Below are positions 13,201-25,200 of a stretch of DNA of 64,000 nt, in pieces. Location: contig OZ241830.1 in NCBI GenBank assembly GCA_965202585.1, positions 43,152,001 through 43,216,000 on the forward strand, read 5' to 3'. Under the pieces are notes generated by a model. That model made no database searches. It had not been told where the DNA came from and saw only the letters and a program-made list of their open reading frames with translations. Position 1 is the stretch's first letter; each line of letters begins with the position of its first letter. The position numbers and the translations under genes were made by a program. The DNA comes from Thalia democratica. Taxonomy: Eukaryota.

Positions 13201-16200
13201 ATTAGTTTTTAGCTTCTTGTTGCTAGTGTGAGCTTATTTTCAAAATTTTAAAAAATAAAAATGACTTTATCTACTCAAGAGCTTTTGATTTTTAATCACA
13301 AATAGTTTGACGGTTGAAAGTAACTTTTGATGAGCTCGCAGGTTAAGTGGTGGGCGTATAATGAAATTTTGATGCGGTAATGGGGTGTTTAAACAAACAT
13401 TTTCCTTTGTAATTGATTTGCATTGCGGGCGAAGCTGGGTGATAGTTGGTGTTTTGCGACTAAATATTTGAATAATCTTTTTGTTGTTGTCACGTTTGAT
13501 TACACGCTCTCTCTTGATTGACAGCCACCATCCCACTTTTAATTGTAGTCTTAGGACGTAATTAAAGTAATTTTAAATTTGAAAAAAATCATTAGGAGAA
13601 AATGATTCTTAAGTACACAAAGTATTGAAAAGTTGTTTAAAACAGCTTTCATGTAAACATCAGTAGGTGATGATGAGAAAAAAATAACTAAATCATTAAA
13701 CTTAGTATAAGCTGTAATAGTAGTTTTAAACTTTTAAGTATTAGTCTTTATTAAACTTTTAATGCCTTTAAGTATAACTTCCTTTAACAAGATATTTTTG
13801 TTTTGTAAACTTTTTTTCATGTTAAACAGGTTGCCAGCTGTAAACATTGTTCAAATAATATACCAACGATCAATCTTAACTATGTACTTTTTTAACCTTG
13901 AAAACTTTGTATCTAGTTCTATACCTAGTGAACTTAAATAGTGTGTTAGTGTTTAAATAAAAACTGTTTTTTAAGTAACAAGGTTTATAACTGACGATTT
14001 TTTAAGAAAAAATAAATAGATTTGCGGTGTTTACAGTTGTGGTATTAAGTATTAGGCGGCTTTACCAGTCGTGTTATATTTCATTTCAGCTTATACAAAC
14101 CTATCACTATCACTTATTACATTTTCTAAAACTGAATACTACTTGACATCTAATCTATACCATCGTGACGGCTCAGACTTTACTTTTTTCTAACAAAAAT
14201 AATGTTTTCCTGCACTTTTGGCTGAAAAATTATCGATTTTGGCCTTCATAATTTTTCTGAGACTTATAACGCCTAAATGTGGCTCGAAACTTTGCGACTT
14301 ATCAGCTTAAGTAATTTTACTTTTACCGTTTTGAAAGCGTTAAAACACGTAAAGCAGTATTTCATAATAGTAAACTGCGTCGTTTCGTTCAAAGGCACGC
14401 AGAATTTGTGGGCCGATATTTGCAGAAGATTAATTTAACTAAGCGTATATTCACTGGATTAGCGCGTGAATTTAAAAGGTTAAGGTTATGAACGTTCCGA
14501 GCTGCGTGTCAACTATTCATTCTTGGAAGTTTTGTTTGTTATTTATTTTTTAAGCTTGCTAGTGACATCAACAAAGTTTTCTTGTGATTATTTTTGAATA
14601 AATATTCAAACACTTAACAAGACTGGATACATTGAGCAAATGTAAATACATAGGTTATTAGAAAAAAAAATCTACAAGTATTTTTTTTACTTACTGAAGC
14701 TGCAGAGTTTGCCATTCCAGCCGACCTTGCACGAGCAAGTTCCGTCTTCCAGACAGTTTCCATTGTGCTTGCACTTCGGGTGGCACTTTTTGTTCTGACA
14801 GCCCAACCCAGACCACCCTCTGCTACACTTGCACTTTCCTTCAACGCATGTTCCATGCTGGCTGCAGTTTTCAACACAAGAATTTTCTGTTTGAAAATAA
14901 ACATTGCTTGCAAAACTTTGGGGTTACAATAGCGCAGTTTTTAGGGTTTTTAGTAGAAAATGTTCGTATTGTATATGAACGCTACTTTAAACAAACAAAA
15001 CTGATTTATTAAAACTTAAACTTGTTAAGACAATTGGAAATACAGTTTAGAATTTAGACATTACATTCATATATTTTTTTAAATAAATATATCTTGAATT
15101 TGCTGATGTCTCATTTTATTTTTAAACATAACAGTTATTATTAATTACAGACATATAACTACAGTGTAACTAAAAATAAGTTAAAATAATTACGCAACTT
15201 TTTTTTGTTTTATTCAAATTAAACAGTTATTCAATTTCGATCAGCACAAGTATATTGGTGTTATCGACAAACTATTTTGTTATCGCACCTATCCCATTGT
15301 TTACCAGCCAATGTTTGCTGAATCAATTAACTTAAAGCAATATAAACATTAAATTCAAATTTTTTAAGCTGACCTCTTTCGCAATGCTTGCCGGAATAAC
15401 CCACATTGCAAATGCATTTATCCGTTATTTCATCGTAAGTACCGCGGTTCGAGCATTTCATGTTAATGCTTTCATCTGTGATGGAACACAGACTTCCCGA
15501 CCATCCGTTATCGCAGTAACACTTGCTTTCTACGCACTTGCCATGCTTCGAACAAGTTGGATCCTCGCAGTCATCTGTTAATGTTTGCTATCGTGGTAAA
15601 TCGTTGTTTGTTTTGAAAAAAAAAGTTATTAGAAAGCTAATTTACCACGAGTTTTTGATTGAAATATTTCAGTCATTTTTTTGCTGAAGAACAAACTTTT
15701 TGGCTGTTTTAAACAAATAACAAACAAGTGAAAAGTTTTTCATGAAAACAGTGTTTTTGTTTGCTAAAAAAAGTTATTTTTTTCTCGTGTTTAAAATTTA
15801 ATACATTTTTACACTCAATTACTTTCTAGTTTATTTTAAATACTCATTAGATAAAATACTTTAAGGGTGTACATTAAACAAATTATATGACAACTTTAAA
15901 AATTTTTAGTTAAAAACAACTTTTTAAAGTCAACCATTTTGTAAATTATACTCTACACTAATGTTTTTAGGTTTCTACTAGTTTCTAAAAAACAGTGTAC
16001 AGCATTTATGCATTAATAAATGTACAAAAAATATCTAATTACAAAGACTGCATTTAAATTCTTGAAATACTTTAGTAAGTTTGTTGTATTTGTTATAAAA
16101 ACAAGTACTAAAACAACATAAACAAATACACTAATTTAATGTTTTAAAAGTGTTTCAAGCGACAAAAGAACATACATTTAAATTACAATACAAACTTTTT

Positions 16201-19200
16201 TCGCAAGAAATTCCCTTGAAGCCCGCGTAACAATCGCAGTCGCCGTTGGAATTACAAACTCCGTTTCCGCTGCAATCGTGCGAGATGCACTGGTCTGATG
16301 GAACGGAACATTCTGCACCTTTCCACCCAAGAAAGCACTCACAACCACCATGGTTGTAAACACCATTTCCATTGCAAGGCACCATGCAAGAAGCTTTGAA
16401 AATTTATTTTTATCTTAAACATGCTTTGGTCTCAATTTTCAGTTTTAAGTTTTGTTTTACTAGGTTAAAAAATACTTCATAACTTAATGTATTGTTTAAA
16501 AGTTTCAACATTTCCAAAAAATTTCTACGGCAGCCAAATATTATAAAGGCCATAAGTACTTGAAATAAATTTTTGTTTGGTATTGATTTTAAAAATTTAT
16601 TTATTATCTATTTGATATGAATATTCACTTTTATAATGATATACAGACGCGAGTAGATTGCTTGTTGAGAACTTATAACGGCTCACGTACCCACTTACAC
16701 GATGACTATAACAGTGTAGTGTGAAAAGGTTATGTTTAATTTAATGTGCTTACATACAAGTGACACTATAATGCTGAATTAAGACGTATCGTTAACTTGA
16801 ACTTCTGTTGACATTTCTATTTGAAAACAATTCGCTGCACATTCTGCGATGAACTCCTTCGAACAAAGCGTTAAGTTTTATTTATAGCGCGTTTTGTTGA
16901 GTGAAATTGTGCTTTATGCTGTGTGCTAAGTGCGAAGGTTGTTTTCAAAACCGTGTGATTGTTTATATTAAGTGATATTCTGAAACAATTGTTTTTGAAA
17001 ATACTTTAAATTCTTTCCAGCAAGGTTTTAAACTAATGTTTAATATCGAAAAGTTTTTATTTTTTAATGTAAAAATAAGCATGTTTTGAATTTTTTGACA
17101 AATAAGAAAATTATGTCGAAGTTAAACTAGTTCTCTAGTATATTGCGCGAAACTTTTTCGATCTTTTGACTAAAATACTTATTAATAATGTGGTAATGAA
17201 AATGAAATTAATTTTATTAACGACCGTTTAATTATATATTTTTCAATCCAGATTGTTGTTACAGTTGTTTCCGTGCGTATAACTTGAATATAAAGTATAT
17301 TTAGCTGGGTCATTAGCTTCAACTGAGCCAAAGAAAACCTTTAAACCGACTATGCAAACACAAGCAAATTTTTTGTACTACTTGAGCTTTTAAGCGTATG
17401 ACTGTTCAATAACTGTTTGCTTTCTTCATGAAAATTTTCAAGTATTAGCTGCACAAACAGCTAAAAGTTTAAGAACTTTTCAAGCTTTTTTTAATTGAAA
17501 TTGATTTTAAAATCAGAAGGCTCTAATCGTTTACAACAGTTTTATCTTTAAAAGCTAGTTTAGAAAAAAATTACTCAAACTATTTAACAAGATTATTGTT
17601 TTAATTTATAGTATGTTGTTTTTTACTACATTCTTATGACTCATACTAAACGTGACATTGAGTCTAAAAAGCCTGTAATAAAACATAAAGTCGTTAACAT
17701 GTGTTTAAAGCTCACTCAAGGGCCAATATATTGCAATCATGTACTTGTATAAGAGCTGTATTAGCTGACGTAGAGCTTTAAAGAAAATTCTTTTTAATCA
17801 ACTCAACTTTTTTGTAAGATAATTATTTATAAACCTACTTTTTGTTTTGACACACAAAAGAACTTTTAAGGAAACGCGATTTCGGGCAGTTTCAAAACGA
17901 CCTAGTTTTAAATCAAAAATAGAAAAAAAATTGGCAAAAGTTTAAAGAAACTTTTTGACGGATGGCGAAAAATAATTGCAGCAAATATGTCTCACCTTCA
18001 GAACAGTCGCTGCCTTTCCAACCCGGATAGCATTTGCAGTCGCCGTACAAAGTACAATCGCCGTTTCCACTGCATTTGTTCTCGCAACTGTTTCTTGATT
18101 CTGTATAAAATTGACGAATTTAAACTTTAAAGTTTATTTTAGAACAGTTTAAATACCAATGACATATGCGTAAATATCGAGGCTGTTTAAAATAATTGCC
18201 CACAGGTCAGTATAAAAGCTTATAGCTCGACTTTTATTTTATTTTAAAACTGTGCCAAAAAACAATTAACTCTAATAAATAGAGTCGTTTATTAAAACTC
18301 AATAGATTAAAAGAGTTAGTCTTATATATAGCTTACCTTTTCATACAGCTGCTGTAAATTAATTTGAAAATAAATTTATAATTACTGTCTTTACTTGAAC
18401 AACGGTTTTTTTGGAACAGATACAAAGTATATCAAACTATTTTTTCTTAACAAAAGCATGTTATGATTAATTACAAAATATTATTTATTAAAATAAATTC
18501 ATCAAAACAAAAACTAAAACATTCATAAAAAACAAATTAAGACAAGTTTTGAGGTCTTGCCAATTAAATTATTAATTTTTACACTTAATGAAATAAATAC
18601 AAAATAAAATGAAAAAATTGGTATAATGTTTTTGCAATACTTTACAACTGATAAAAGTTGAAATGAAAAATTAATTGTATTGTTATTCTTACAATCAGTT
18701 GAAACTCAAGTTAAAATATCCACTAAAAAAGCAAACAGGTTTATGTGTTCTTTTTGATTTTTTTTGCTTTTAAAAACTAACCGTAGAAGTATACTTTCAC
18801 TTTTAAATTTATTGGTCGTGAGCCTCCATTGTAAAGAGCCCAATACCAAGATCCTTGCGGCAGAGACTCGGTAAAAACAAAGTTTGAAACTGTTGAAGCT
18901 GGCTGACTGATGTAGAAAGAAGGCAGTAGCCTCGTGTCAACTTGCTTTATGACGTCATACTGAAATAACAAACATAATGGGTCATTTAAGAAAATAGTAC
19001 GTACGGCTTAAAACTTGACATGTTTTACTTATGTTTTCAGGTGTTATATTGACTAGCATTTTAGCGAAAAAAATATAAAAAAGTGCTGTGTTTGTCATTG
19101 AATACGACGATCAATACGGCCTTAAGTCGTTTACAACGTCCCGTTCAATGCGTGTAACTTAAAACGATCGAACAACAATAACAACTAGTCGCAGACACAA

Positions 19201-22200
19201 AGTGTTTCCGATTCTTTTTTTTTTCAATAATTCGATTGTCGTTGGAGAGCTAGCTGTCGTGGGCTTTTCGTTTGGCGCCAATAAAATCGCTCGGCTGCAT
19301 ATTACAGCGCGTTGGAAAATAATTGCAGGACGTACGCGGTTTATCCCTTTAATTTAGCGGTCTGCTACGAACCGGGCGTTTGCAATATTTCAAATTGAGA
19401 TAAATCGATTGAATTGTAGGAAAAACGCACTGAACTATTAACTTTCAAAGTTTCAAACTCATAGCTCTCGGTGATGAGAATTTTAACGCGCAATGCTAAA
19501 ATTAGTTTAATTGCTAGGTAATGCGGTCGTTAACCCACCTTGGTGTGGGAAGGAAGTATCCCCTTTCTTCCGTACAAGGCGACATCTGCGCTCGATGGAA
19601 GCGTGAAGTTGAATTTGAAAGTTTCAGACTTGCTGCTGACATACTGACGCATGTACAAGAAACTGGAGTTTGCACAAGTCCCTTGTATTCCTCTCCTCGT
19701 GTTCAGTTCTAACGGAGCTGTTTGAAATGTTATCATAAAAATTTATCAATTTAAATGTTTTCTTAATTTTGTCAATTTTATTACAAAGAAAACTTAAAAA
19801 GAATTTATCAGTTTTATTGTTGTTGAAATGTTTTAATACAACTTTTTTTATCTTTTTTTTTTTTCTTAGAAAATATATTTTACAACTTAAAATGATTTTT
19901 TCTTGTTAACCAGTGCTAAGAATTTCATCTTATAGTTAACAAATCATGTGATTAGTTACTTTAACAAGGTCTTTGTAGGTTATAATAAAACATTTAAATG
20001 AATACATAACATATGTTATCATTATGATGAAAGAATTTATTTAACAACTTGTAATGAAAGAATTTTTTAAATAAAGTATGTAATCATCTTTTATGTACGT
20101 TTCAAATAGCATTCATGTTTCAAACTTCAAACAAAGTAAAAATATTTTTCTTCACTTTATCACATACTTAATTATATTAAATTAATGATTTTAGTAACAT
20201 AAAAAAGAAGTTATTTAGCAACTAAGGAAACCTTTATTTGAAATGTAGCTGAGGAAGTCACCGTTCATATTATCCCCACTCTGGTGTCCCACGTACACTG
20301 TTCCGTTGTCCGTTTGACACGGTACCATTTGTCTCTCAGCACTTTTATCTTCGCATTTGAAGCTTTGCCCGATGAAATCGACTTGAAATAACGAAAACAT
20401 ATGTTTTTAAAATTGAAAAGAAAAGCAAAGCTTTTAAGTTAAACGCATCAAAAAATCGGTTTTAATCCGTTCCACACCGCAGGTAATGACTCAAAATGTT
20501 GGCTACTTTAGCGAAAACCCTATTAACTTAAACAAGCATGTATGTAGCCGGTTTAGCGTGCTGCTTAATTCTGAAAAACCGACTTTCGTCAAGTAACAAG
20601 TGTGCACATGCTAGCTGAGCTTATTTTGTCAACAACAAAAGTTTTTCTGTGGGATAAATCTGTAAACATTTCTTACACTTGCTTTTTAGATTTGCGATGT
20701 TGATAAACAAAGCGGTTATGTGTTTATTGAAATGAAATTTTCAATATTTTTAGTTTTCTTAAATCAAACAAAACACATTATTAAAAAAGAGGAAAATGAT
20801 AACAAATTTTTTTTATAGTATATACCAATAAACTTTTACAAATTAAAATAAAATTTAAATGTTTTTTGTCATAAAGCAGAAATACATACCTAAAAGTACC
20901 GCTAAAACGGCCAAAAGAACGATGCTTATCACTGTCATGACAACTCCCCACACCTTCAACTTGGACCAGTCGGAAAAGCAGCCCCCTTTCCACTTGGTCA
21001 TCCTTCGGCTGAAGTGGTCGCGCGGCCTGGCCCTGAGGTGGTGGTTGGTGGGCGGCAAGTTTCCAGCCATCAACCGGTGACCTGGATTGTAGGATATCGG
21101 TTGCGGCAAGAGGGGATTCCCTGGTTCTATGAACGAAGTTTGCTGCTGAGTTTGGTGTGCAGTGAACCGTGACGATGTCGTGGGCGAAACTGTGGCGGTG
21201 GGAATGTTGGAGTTGATCCTCGGGTTCTGACTTCTGTTAAAAAACTTGTATTTAGCAAAACTTCAAGCGTGTAAAGTATTTTAAAACATCAAGTAGAAGT
21301 TGTTATGAGTTGGTTACAAACGGTACATGTTTCGCTTAACTTTGTTGATACATCGGTTGTCGGTAAAATAAAACTAAGCAAACCCTCATAAAACTTGTTT
21401 AACATTTTTTAGGATTTTCAAATTCGTAAACTAGCATTAAGTTGACCTCCTGTTTTTAAGTGCGCGCACCTGTCAAAATTACTTTGCGTGAGCTTCTCTT
21501 TTCAATTTAAAAACAAATCGCTCAAGGTTTCGCAAACACGGGCGCAAAGTCATTATGCACAGCTACTACCAGACCGAGTGTCGAGCTGTTAAGTATCAGT
21601 AGAAAAACGTGATGAGAGATAGAAGCAAGTCGTCAGGTTTTGTTTGAAGCGCCGAACAGAGCAGGGCAAATTGAAATCAAACAAAGGTATTACCTACCTG
21701 TTTCTAATTTGCACGTTTTTCACTTTTTTATTTATATGCGGCTGCCAAAGTTATATTCAAGTGTTGCAACTTAAGTTTGTTTTAATAGTCGGAGAAAACA
21801 ACTTTTTTTTTTACATTTTTGAGCCTTTTTTTTTTGTATTTAAAAATAAAGTGAATTTAAAAAAGTGTAGTAGTTTTTTAAAGAAAACTATTTTATAAAA
21901 TTTTAATGTAGAAAAAAAAACTCAAAAGTTACAATTTCAGTTCAGCTTAGTACTGCGTATAAGGCATATTTTACTGTTACAAGGGTTGCAAAAAACTACA
22001 CATATCTGCGATAACGGTACACAAGCACGTTTGTTTACATTGAAGCTTATGTGTGTTCAGCCGCATGTTGAGAGCAAAACTTAGTTTTAAAGGTTGCAAA
22101 AAGGTTACTTAAACAATTAACACAGCTCGCAACAACAGACGCTCGAAGATAACTAACGCCAAATTAATCTCAACCAAACTAGGTTTTTCCGGAGACAGAA

Positions 22201-25200
22201 TGAACCATGTTGACGAACAAAAGTATTGTAACATGTGTATAAAGAAACTGTCCGAGACAGTAGTGAGTTAAAGTAAGTTATTGGTAAATATTTACATTTA
22301 AAAGTAAAACAGTATAAGAGCAAACATAAGCGTTTTAATGCAAGTACAACGTTGATATTCTAGCTTGAGTAATCAACCATGAAAATATCCTAATAAAAAT
22401 AAAAGCTAAACTTCGCTAGTTAATCCGAGTCAGAAACACTATAATCTAATTTAGAAAACAACTAAATTACATTTAAAATGAGAAATAAGACAAAAATTTT
22501 GATATTGCACTTAAGCAGCTCTGAGCATGCGCTGAAAAAAATCTTAATCTTTAATGAACGTATTAAAGCAGAAGAACGCCACGGAAAAGCATACGATCTA
22601 ATCTCTTACTTTTGACAGTGAATTTTCTTGTGCAAATACGAGATAAGGACTTTTAAAGCTCTTTCATGTCTCAGAGCAGCGACTTCTTTGCGACGCACAA
22701 AATAGACTTGTGTTTATTTGTGCTCAGCAAAATCCATTTAATAAAGCCTTATTGTTGTAGTGTCTGGTACGTACTTTATGTAAAATTGTGCACAGTAGTC
22801 TAAATAAACAAAATTTGCTGCTCCGCTTAAACGGCATCTTTTCGCTGCTTCACAATTTATTACGCTCTCGCAGAAAAGAGCAACTCGGGACGAAACGAAA
22901 CTTCTGTTTGCTTTTTTTTCATAAAGATATTTAATGTTTATTTGTGCATTCAAAAAGTGTAACGAACTTTAACGCGCTAAATTGACTGAAACACCTTTGC
23001 ATTGAATTGAATAAATCTTTTGTAGATGCTGAGCGTGTTTCAATTTAGCTCAACTTACAAAGGTTATGATGTATGGCATATAACTTGTTGCAAGTTCAAC
23101 AATAAATTTAAACTACGAAGTAACAATAAAGAATAACTTTTTAATAAAATATTCAATAGTTGAACCATAACATAATTTGTTTGTGTTATATACAAATAAA
23201 CCTTTTAAACAGAAACTTATTTAATTTGCACAAAAACTTACCAAGTTTCCTTTCGAAAATTCAGATAAGAAATGCTCAAACTTTAAGGGAACGTGTAAAA
23301 GGGGCTTTCGAGGGAAAAAAAGTTAATGTGTAGAAATCAATTGGTGGGGACATAAAAGCAAATGTTAGTACGTGTTAACTCGCAAATTAGTTTTATTTGC
23401 CCACCGACCATTAGCGATTTGTAATTTTTCTTTTCGCCGCGCCAACCAAAGAGCCTTAACAATCGCCGCATTTCACCAATATTTGCTCAAGATGCCTTCG
23501 CTACGCCGCGGCCGTGTCATTTTGTTACCTGGTAAATTAAAGTAATCAATCATTCTGCTTATTACTAAGTACATAACAGCATCAAACAAGACCTGTGTGT
23601 GCTTTTACCTACCGCATCGAACACAGAGAGGAACAGTTTATCAACAAAAGAGTTTTTTTCAAAAGTACTTTTCGCCAAAACCGTGAAACATATTTCGTTA
23701 GAATCTGTGTATTTTGTAATCCTAACTGTTTATGTTCGACACAGAGACTTTGCAGCTTTGTGCAGATGAGCTTGTTTCCACAAACACTTCAGAAACGTGC
23801 ATATGCGGTGTGGTGATATTTTCTTCTATTTAAAACCAAGGTTTTTCTCAACACTGAAATATTGATTTTTGATCCGCAAAAATGACATGACTTTAGCTTT
23901 AAATTAAGCAAACAACAAAACTGTTTGAAAGTTGAAGAACTTTTTAACTTTCGGTTGACAATGGCAAAATACCAGTCAAGGGGGCTTGACGCAACGACAA
24001 ATGTCTGTAGCTAAACACTTGTGCGCTCATTTTTTGCCTTTTTTGTGAGAAAAGCCAAGTTATTGCTGGCACACAACAATTTGTATTTTTAAAAATTGTC
24101 TCTTTCTTACAAACGATTTTTTCGAAATTGCTTAAAAACTTTGGTTTCAGCCAAAACATAATTGCTATAAAGTTTACTCGCCGAAGGCTTACGAGATATA
24201 ATCCAATACATTATTCAGCGCATTTCGAGATTATTCGCTGGTTATGCAGCAACACTTCGTTGATGAAGAAAGCCATTGTTCGAATTTTTATGCTCACGGA
24301 TTATGCGGTATTTGATGAGCAAATAATCAAAGGCACTTTGTGCACTGAACAAACAAAAATTTTTAATCAACAGTATCGAAATTTTTGCTGTCGTTCGTTT
24401 CAATGATTAAAAGAAACTTACACATATCGAATGAGTATAACAAAAATAAACTGGATAGTGCTTGCAGTTTGCAGAGCTGAAATAAAAGTCACGAACTCGC
24501 ACACTAATGAACCGCAATTAATCACCGGTGGAAAGAAAGATTTCTCGGTGAATTCAGCAAACCAAATATTTACTCTATTATTTAAGTCTTGCCAAGCGCA
24601 ACCTTCACAGCGAGCTATTATTTATTACGGCGAAAATTTTCTTTGCGCTGTGATGAAGCGCAGGCGAACGACGAGCGTCGAAGCGTGACGATTTACCGTT
24701 TCTGCCCTCGGGCAAGATTCTGTCAAATATCTGCTTTTAGCGAGTATATTGGCATGTTTTCGTCTGAATTTGCGTTCTTACTGCGTTTTTTTCGGATTAC
24801 CTGTTGCTGACGTCGTTGCGCTGGTGGTGTTGCCCGCAGTTCTGCTGCTGGGGAAAGTTTTTGTGGTAGCTCCAGCGGTTGTCCTCCACTTCGTACGTGG
24901 GCTTGATGTTATTGGTTGTTACTACCGGGTCGAAGTTTTCACTCTGAAAAAAAATATGATTATCAATTACATGCGTTTCTCAGAATATACTGAGAAAGTT
25001 ATTTTTTCTCAGTTCCCTGTACTGGAGAATTTTTAATCTCGTTGTTTATACAAAACATGACGTTAGCAACCAACAGACGACCTTTAAGCCGATTGAAGTC
25101 AAACTGGAGGCAAATTGCCGGTACCAGTACAGCTGTCAGAGACTCGACCTTTTAAGCCAATTACAAACTATTACTAAGTTACTTACCCATATGCCAAAAA

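Noticed and set aside
21320-21360. Hammerhead-like acatgtttcg pattern; similar partial hits at 13992 and about 50795
   Set aside because: Core CUGANGA or stems I/II are not satisfied.
23478-25190. Candidate alternative teneurin first exons (ATGG|GTAAGT near 25185; MTRPRRSEGILSKY near 23520)
   Set aside because: The first is phase-incompatible with the next exon; the second creates TGA unless a secondary NAGNAG acceptor is used; no independent support.
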